From the NCBI GenBank assembly GCA_050951545.1, contig JBMNJG010000004.1, forward strand, positions 224,001 through 288,000: DNA of 64,000 nucleotides, read 5' to 3'. Within the stretch, counting starts at the first letter, position 1, and every line of letters starts with the position of its first letter. Below, piece after piece: positions 59,001-64,000 of this stretch. The DNA is from Limnochordia bacterium (GTDB lineage Bacteria > Bacillota > Limnochordia > DTU080). The translations under genes and the position numbers were made by a program. The notes under the pieces are model-generated. The model saw nothing but the letters and a program-made list of their open reading frames with translations, ran no database searches and had not been told where the DNA came from.

Positions 59001-59176
59001 GCCGTAGCCAGTTTGTGAAAGCGCACAGCAGCGGACAGATTGTTGTGATCGGTAATTGCCAGCGCTCGGCATCCTATTTTTGCAGCGCGGGTAAGCAATG
59101 AGTCCAGTGATGCTGCGCCGTCAAGGAACGAGAATGGTGAATGGACATGTAGATGAGCACACATAGAGGATGCCAT
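56069..59176 (-). CDS. dnaE2: error-prone DNA polymerase III alpha, DnaE2/ImuC type
   Basis: PHP motif HLHVHSPFSFLDG; GRGSAADS; PDIDIDF; KLDLL; FQLESPAQ; YGFCEAHA; QPMGFY; C-terminal OB fold. Start reassigned to the ATG just after the upstream gene's stop. Confidence 0.9.
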   Translation of the reverse strand: MASSMCAHLHVHSPFSFLDGAASLDSLLTRAAKIGCRALAITDHNNLSAAVRFHKLATAMGIKAIQGCEVTLDNGCHLTLLCQNRTGYTNLCWLVTRAHLEAPRGLPQVSRDLLAEHSEGLIALSGCRHGEVATLILQGQNQQALAAASAYAAAFPRRFYIEVQENLLPRTRTLNRHLRDLAEYLSLPMAATANAHYAYKEQFPVHDVLTCVRTLTRLQSIHPARRLNAENYLLTSEEMATRFHDLPQALHGTLEIADLCDVAVPLNERLFPAFTTPDGNSAIQFLQQLTFQGAQERYGSITKTIRERLEHELRIIDALGVADYFLVAWDIVRFAREQGIRHTGRGSAADSAVVYCLYITNVDAISRGLLFERFLSLERAQQPDIDIDFDARYRDDIARYVYATYGEEHVASVCTYHTYHARSALRDFGKAMGFPLQEVDKLAKSFPHVPADGIRKAIAAYPELQKSGLPFARYEELIDLVEQVAGFPRHIGTHLGGLVISNRPLMEVSPLQMAAKGMSIIQFDKDDIADLGLMKLDLLSLRTLSAVQTAIGDIHSTQEALGEPPMEYTAIPLDDAPTYAALNQGNSIGVFQLESPAQRALQTRLGAENIEDIVASIALIRPGPIQGNMVEPFIAHRNGLLPVSYIHPDLEPILAKTYGVVLFQEQVIEIAVTIAGFSPGEADRLRKVMTHFRSQKDMDRIGQEFIAKAMKRGVTQDVAETLFSYIVGYAGYGFCEAHAAAFSDTAYKTAYLVTHYPAEFFAAILSHQPMGFYPPATIITEAKRRGVRILPLDVNKSDLRFTVENGAIRVSLTQVKGLSLAMAQSVLSSRTQSPYQSFWDFCQRVRLPRDVVKNLIQAGAFDTLHSNRRQLLWQLRETLAMCGQGAQLALPLELDRPNPHHELADYPVFDKVMHEIILLGFSPEKHLMQFLRPQLVRRGMKTCGEVSCGGVEGAVGVAGIVIRPHRPPTRSGRTVVFLSLEDESGLCDITIFENVYKRYARDIFTAPALMVWGRTSRRGEGVSVIATRIKPLPIK

Positions 59177-59177
59177 T

Positions 59178-59426
59178 TCAATCCAGAACTCTGTAGAGAT
59201 ACCAGGATTTGGCTTGGAGGTCAAAATAGAGCTCGAAGGTACCACCATCGCTGGTCTGCAACAGGTAGAATGCTTTCTCGCCTTCGCCTTCCCACCAGCA
59301 ACCAGTATCTCGCCATGTTTCGTGTATCTGTATGATATCGCGCCAGTTAGCATGCCAGAAAAAGCGCAAGGGCAAACCATGACGGTCGGAAGCTATAGTG
59401 ATGGGTTGATCGATAAGCCTGCTCAA
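59178..59426 (-). CDS. DUF6504-like small protein (resembles the ImuB C-terminal domain)
   Basis: 82 aa from a TTG after GAGGTG; PLRFFW..W...GCWWEGE....Y......G..EL.FD.....WYL..VLD. Confidence 0.75.
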   Translation of the reverse strand: MSRLIDQPITIASDRHGLPLRFFWHANWRDIIQIHETWRDTGCWWEGEGEKAFYLLQTSDGGTFELYFDLQAKSWYLYRVLD

Positions 59427-59446
59427 CAGTGCGACACCTCGGTATA

Positions 59447-59460
59447 CGAACAGGTGTTTG
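59447..59460. promoter_or_regulatory. LexA (SOS/Cheo) box
   Basis: CGAACAGGTGTTTG fits the Firmicutes GAAC-N4-GTTY consensus; lies between the promoter and the RBS of DUF6504-dnaE2. Confidence 0.75.
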
Positions 59461-59468
59461 GTAGCTCT

Positions 59469-59497
59469 ATCATACAACAGGTGGTGCTGGGCGTCAA
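59469..59497 (-). promoter_or_regulatory. sigma-A promoter of the DUF6504-dnaE2 operon
   Basis: Minus strand TTGACG-17 bp-TATGAT. Confidence 0.7.
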
Positions 59498-59561
59498 GCA
59501 ACCTGGCCCAATGGGGGCCACGCAAAAAACTGCGGTAATCTCCCTGCGTTCGCTTGGGTTG

Positions 59562-61394
59562 GTGGTAAGAACCTAGCGATGCGGCCCTCGCGAAGCCCTT
59601 TTTGCTCATTTTGACCGCCCGAAGGGCTCATTTCCCCGCCCAAAAGCACGCTTTCCCGCCCTGGCGGCCCCTTGGGGGCTGCCGCGCAGCACATAACCCG
59701 ACGGTGGTGATACCTTTTTCCCACTCAGACGATTGGGTCAGCTCCCCAGTGCGCGATCACAGCGGACTCGCTCGGATCCCTCTGCGGACCAACCCTTCGG
59801 TGTTGCCCCGGTCGGTGTATTTCGAAAAAGGTGGGCAGACGCCATGCACCATGCACACGCTCGCGAGACTGGCTCGGTAGTCGGACAGATGCACCCGGAC
59901 TGGTACGTGAGTCGGGGCCAAGAATCCGACCGCCATGGCAAAAGAGCCGCCTCATTAGCCCCCGGGCCCAATGTATGTGGTAAAAGTGCAGCGATGCGGC
60001 CTTCGCGAAGCCCTTTTTGCTCATTTTGACCGCCCGAAGGGCTCATTTCCCCGCCCGAAGGGCTCATTTCCCCGCCCAAGAGCACGCTTTCCCGCCCTGG
60101 CGGCCCCTTGGGGGCTACCGCGCAGCACATAACCCGACGGTGGTGATACCTTTTTCCCACTCAGACGATTGGGTCAGCTCCCCAGTGCGCGATCACAGCG
60201 GACTCACTCGGATCCCTCTGCGGACCAACCCTTCGGTGTTGCCCCGGTCGGTGCATTTCGAAAAAGGTGGACAGATGCAATGGACGCGCTCGCGAAACAG
60301 GCCCTGCAGTCAGACACCAACCGAATTGGTACGTGAGTCGGGGCCAAGAATCCGACCGCCATGGCAAAAGAGCCGCCTCATTAGCCCCCGGGCCCAATGT
60401 ATGTGGTAAAAGTGCAGCGATGCGGCCTTCGCGAAGCCCTTTTTGCTGATTTTGATTGCCTGAAGGGCTCATTTCCCCGCCCAAGAGCGCGCTTTCCCGC
60501 CTTGGTGGCCCTTCTGGGGGCTACCGCGCAGCACATAACCCGACGCCGTGGTGATCGCCTTTTGCCCACTCAGACGATTGGGTCAGCTCTCCAGTGCGCG
60601 ATCACAGCGGGCTCGCTCGGATCCCTCTGCGGACCAATCCTTCGGTGTTGCCCCAGTCGGTGTATCTCGAAAAAGGTGGACAGATGCAATGGACGCGCTC
60701 GCGAGACTGGCTCGGTAGTCGGACACCAGCCGGATTGGTACGTGAGTCGGGGCCAAGAATCCGACCGCCATGGCAAAAGAGCCGCCTCATTAGCCCCCGG
60801 GGCCAATGTACGTGGTAAAAGTGCAGCGATGCGGCCTTCGCGAAGCCCTTTTTGCTCATTTTGACCGCCCGAAGGGCTCATTTCCCCGCCCAAGAGCGCG
60901 CTTTCCCGCCTTGGTGGCCCTTCTGGAGCTACTGGGCAGTACATAACCCGACGGTGGTGATACCTTTTTCCCACTCGGACGATTGGGTCAGCTCTCCAGT
61001 GCGCGATCACAGCGGGCTCGCTCGGATCCCTCTGCGGACCGACCCTCTCGGTGTTGCCCCGGTCGGTGTATTTCGAAAAAGGTGGACGGACACCATGCAC
61101 ACGCTCGCGAGACTGGCTCGGTAGTCGGACAGATGCACCCGGATTGGTACGTGAGTCGGGGCCAAGAATCCGACCGCCATGGCAAAAGAGCCGCCTCATT
61201 AGCCCCCGGGCCCAATGTACGTGGTATAAGTGCAGCGATGCGGCCTTCGCGAAGCCCTTTTTGCTCATTTTGACCGCCCGAAGGGCGCATTTCCCCGCCT
61301 AAGAGCACGCTTTCCCGCCCTGGTGGCCCTTCTGGAGCTACTGGGCAGTACATAACCCGACGCAATGTCGATCGCCTTTTCCCACTCAGCCGAT
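59562..61394. repeat. non-coding tandem array of ~4.4 units of ~410 bp
   Basis: Anchor AGCGATGCGGCC at 59575, 59990, 60416, 60825 and 61234 gives periods of 415, 426, 409 and 409 bp; the fifth copy ends near 61394. Confidence 0.95.
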
Positions 61395-61518
61395 GATCCG
61401 AGGGCGAAATGCTGTCGACTCCCGGTGGCCACCGGGTCTTAGCCGGCAATGCGCGCGTTTTCAGCGAAAGCTGTGGAAGGATTCTGGCCTCACGTACCGA
61501 ACATCGCATCGAGACAAT

Positions 61519-61532
61519 CGAACACATGATCG
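61519..61532. promoter_or_regulatory. possible LexA box upstream of the HTH-nuclease gene
   Basis: CGAACACATGATCG (one mismatch to CGAAC-N4-GTTCG) just before the GAGGTG RBS; weaker copy at 61498-61511. Confidence 0.45.
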
Positions 61533-61550
61533 TTATGTGAGGTGAGGCCC

Positions 61551-62612
61551 TTGTACTCTCTCTATGTAGATGAGGTGAACGTGCCGCTCTCACTGCTACT
61601 GACTCGCGAGTTAAAGGCAAGCGAGAAGATCGTTTGGATGGCCTTAACGATGGATGATCAGCTGGAGGAAAGTTTCCTTTTCTCGCCCAGCCGCCTGGGG
61701 CGGCGCACGGGTATGTCCCGGCCTACCGTTCGCAGGGCGACGGCCAAGTTAACCACCGAGGGCTGGTTTGCTCCACCGGCTAGGCGGGGACCTAGCCAGG
61801 CCCCAGCACAGAAGCCATCCCCGGACAGGGTCTCCGTGCCTGTCGAGCTAGTCATGGCTACTGAAATCCATGCACAGGCCAAATTGGTTTATGCCCTACT
61901 GCTGTCCAAACCTACGGACCCACCTCGCAAAAGGCAGTTCACATACGCTGAGTTAGCCGGCCGGATGAGTCTGAGCCCCCAGACGGTCAAACACGCGGCT
62001 CGTCAGTTGGCCAAGCATGGTTGGCTGGAGATGGAGCAGGCGCACAAGCGGGCACCGATTCGCTTCTCTCTCCACAACCCGGTTGATAAGCGAAATGTAA
62101 AAGAAATACTAGACGTGCAGGATGAGCTCCACCGCGCTACGCACCTCGGAGAGGCTCTCATGCAGGCTATCTTCTTGGCGCTTGTCGATTGCCTTGACTT
62201 CGACGACGGAATGCGCCCAGGTTTCATGAGGAACCCAGCAACTGGCAAGCGTCTGGAGGTCGATCTCTTCTACTACTTGCACAATACGGCCATGGAGTTC
62301 AATGGGGCGCAACACTACCGCGTCACGGAGCGGAATTCGGCTGAGCAGGTCCATAAGCAGCAATGCCGTGACCAGACCAAACAGCAGATCTGCGCTAAGA
62401 AGAAGATCAAGCTGATCGTGATTCAGGCTCACGAGCTGTCCTGCAAGATCATCAAGCGCAAGATTCGCAGGCGGCTGCCATTCCGGCGCGGTCAGGACTT
62501 CAACCGGAGGCTCATCAACTATCTCGAGTGTAGATGCGGTGAGTACCAGCAAAGAATAGATGAACGTGGCTGGGGAACCGCCAGCCAATCTGAGAGAAAG
62601 CAAGACGAGTAG
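61551..62612 (+). CDS. tandem winged-HTH (replication-initiator-like) plus Vsr/DUF559-like endonuclease protein
   Basis: Internal duplication VP..L....L....K.V...L...F....L....S..TV.....L...GW; C-terminal E...RPGFMRNPATGKRLEVDLF....AMEFNGAQHY...RD..K...C...I.LI.I; TTG start after GAGGTG. Confidence 0.75.
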   Translation: MYSLYVDEVNVPLSLLLTRELKASEKIVWMALTMDDQLEESFLFSPSRLGRRTGMSRPTVRRATAKLTTEGWFAPPARRGPSQAPAQKPSPDRVSVPVELVMATEIHAQAKLVYALLLSKPTDPPRKRQFTYAELAGRMSLSPQTVKHAARQLAKHGWLEMEQAHKRAPIRFSLHNPVDKRNVKEILDVQDELHRATHLGEALMQAIFLALVDCLDFDDGMRPGFMRNPATGKRLEVDLFYYLHNTAMEFNGAQHYRVTERNSAEQVHKQQCRDQTKQQICAKKKIKLIVIQAHELSCKIIKRKIRRRLPFRRGQDFNRRLINYLECRCGEYQQRIDERGWGTASQSERKQDE

Positions 62613-62958
62613 TCACCTTGGGTCACCTTGTCCGTTTCGTCAGGGCTCGCATCAGCCGTGCAGCCAATGCTAGTGCGCGTCCACCTGCTGCCGCTGGGGG
62701 GCCAGGCAAACACGCCCTACACACTGGTGTTTGGGTGTATCAGACGGCACCGTGACATGACCAGCAGTTGACCGCCATTTCACGTGTGCACCCACACAAT
62801 GAGATCTTTGGTCATCGAGAGGAATATGCGATGCGGTGGCCAAACACCGTTGGAAAGGCCATGACGCCATAGGATAGGAATCTTTGCTCCTCTGACTGAG
62901 GGTCAATTCGCTTCCCGCGAGGTACTCTATGGTCTGGTAGATACAACAGAGGGAGACG

Positions 62959-64000
62959 TTGCTTGTGGACGTAAAGAGGCTGGTGATGGGTCAGGAAGTA
63001 CTAGAGCGCACATTGCCTTCAGGACTGACTGTGGTTCTGCTTCACAAACCTGGTTATGCGCAGAGATTTGCCGCCTTGGCTACGAATTACGGCGGCATGG
63101 ATTCGGCTTTCGTGGTACCGGGGCAATCGCAGCCGACAGAGGTACCTGACGGTATTGCTCACTTCCTGGAGCATAAGCTGTTTGAGGAACCCGACGGAGT
63201 CGATATTTCACAGCGCTTCTCGCAGATGGGCATGAGCACAAATGCCTACACAGGCTCATACTACACGGTATATCACTTCACTACGGTAGATCACTTCGAT
63301 GAGGGGCTTGATCTGCTGCTGCATTTCGTTCAGAATCCATATTTCACCGATGAAAGCGTGGCCAAAGAGCAAGGGATCATTGAGCAAGAGATCCAGATGG
63401 GGCTCGATAGCCCGTCACGGATGGTCTACTACAATTTCATGGAGTCCATGTTCCATGTGCACCCTGCTAGAATCCGCACCATCGGTTCGGTGGAGTCCGT
63501 TGCGCGCATCAACAAAGAGCTACTTCACAGATGCTATGACACATTTTACCATCCGAGCAACATGATGCTCATAGTGGCTGGCGAGCTGGATTTTGCCAAA
63601 GTGCTCTCGCAAGTAGAAAAGGATCTGGCCACAAGAGGTTATACGACACGAGAGCCAATTACCCGCGTGACACCTACGGAGCCAGATCGCGTAGTGCACC
63701 CAGAAACCAGAATCGAGCTCAAGGTATCTCGCCCCCGGGTGATGATGGGCTTCAAGGGGAGCTTGCCAGCGGATGGTCGTCACTATCACCGACAGCTTAT
63801 CGCCGCCGATCTCGCCTTGAGTGCGGTCTTGGGAAAACTGAATCCGAGTTACTGGCAGCTGTACGAGAAGGGCGTCATCACAGAGGGTTTCCGCTTTGGC
63901 TACTCCGCGTATCGGGGGATTGGTTACGTGTGGATTGACGGTGAGTCAGAAGACGCCGACTCTTTCGTGGCTGAGGTAACAAAGACTTTGCAGCGAGCAA
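62959..64000 (+). CDS. M16 family Zn-peptidase (YmfH-like), 3'-truncated by the window edge and absent from the ORF track
   Basis: Hand translation TLPSGLTV..VPDGIAHFLEHKLFE..NAYT..VQNPYFTDESVAKEQGIIEQEI, containing HxxEH. Confidence 0.88.
   Translation, partial: MLVDVKRLVMGQEVLERTLPSGLTVVLLHKPGYAQRFAALATNYGGMDSAFVVPGQSQPTEVPDGIAHFLEHKLFEEPDGVDISQRFSQMGMSTNAYTGSYYTVYHFTTVDHFDEGLDLLLHFVQNPYFTDESVAKEQGIIEQEIQMGLDSPSRMVYYNFMESMFHVHPARIRTIGSVESVARINKELLHRCYDTFYHPSNMMLIVAGELDFAKVLSQVEKDLATRGYTTREPITRVTPTEPDRVVHPETRIELKVSRPRVMMGFKGSLPADGRHYHRQLIAADLALSAVLGKLNPSYWQLYEKGVITEGFRFGYSAYRGIGYVWIDGESEDADSFVAEVTKTLQRA

Noticed and set aside
59177-59609. Long N-terminal extensions of dnaE2 (to 59380) and of the DUF6504-like ORF (to 59609) in the ORF track
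   Set aside because: The extensions overlap the upstream gene, its promoter and LexA box, and the array; better-supported starts exist at 59176 and 59426.
59562-61394. CRISPR array interpretation
   Set aside because: The units are ~410 bp and the variable parts are homologous to each other rather than unique spacers; no cas genes are in the window.
59494-61620. Many overlapping ORFs in the array (MSKKGFAKAASLH..., MLILTARRAHFPA..., MGKRYHH...)
   Set aside because: They recur only because the DNA repeats. Periods of 415 and 409 bp shift the frame, the ATG is lost in unit 3, and there is no convincing RBS or recognisable domain.
56069-62612. Diversity-generating retroelement, retron or IS interpretation
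   Set aside because: No reverse transcriptase or DDE/HUH transposase motifs, no adenine-specific pattern of differences between units, and no terminal inverted repeats or target-site duplication found by eye.
62613-62950. Intergenic region after the nuclease gene as an element right end or extra repeat copy
   Set aside because: Only trivial matches were seen (GCGATGCGG and a doubled GTCACCTTG); no extended similarity to the array unit.

Overview
GC-rich Bacillota (Firmicutes) chromosome segment. The lineage is inferred from sigH, the S12 insert, type-Z S14, an L7Ae-like gene, and the ecf-truA-rplM-rpsI order. A LolA-like gene hints at a diderm lineage such as Limnochordia, which is inference only. 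Positions 1-42.1 kb are the conserved transcription/translation supercluster: rlmB (partial), a VanW-family gene, sigH, four tRNAs, tuf, rpmG-secE-nusG-rplKA-rplJL, rpoBC, the str, S10, spc and alpha operons, a fused ECF A-A'-T transporter, truA, a ceramidase-like gene and rplM-rpsI. Positions 42-56 kb hold mixed genes: a ROK regulator, PBP1A, a LarA-like protein, a GGDEF/HD-GYP protein, a BadF-type kinase, an RND pump with a LolA-like partner, and a TIM-barrel isomerase. The most unusual region is 56-62.6 kb. A LexA-box-controlled DUF6504(ImuB-C-like)-dnaE2 operon is separated from a divergent gene by a ~1.8-kb non-coding tandem array. The array has about 4.4 units of 409-426 bp; the units are mosaic, contain hairpins with a compensatory base change, and carry iteron-like sub-repeats every ~21 bp. 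The divergent gene encodes two replication-initiator-like wHTH domains fused to a Vsr/DUF559-like nuclease. The array plus HTH-nuclease module is the best candidate for an undescribed system. All calls were made by eye without database searches.
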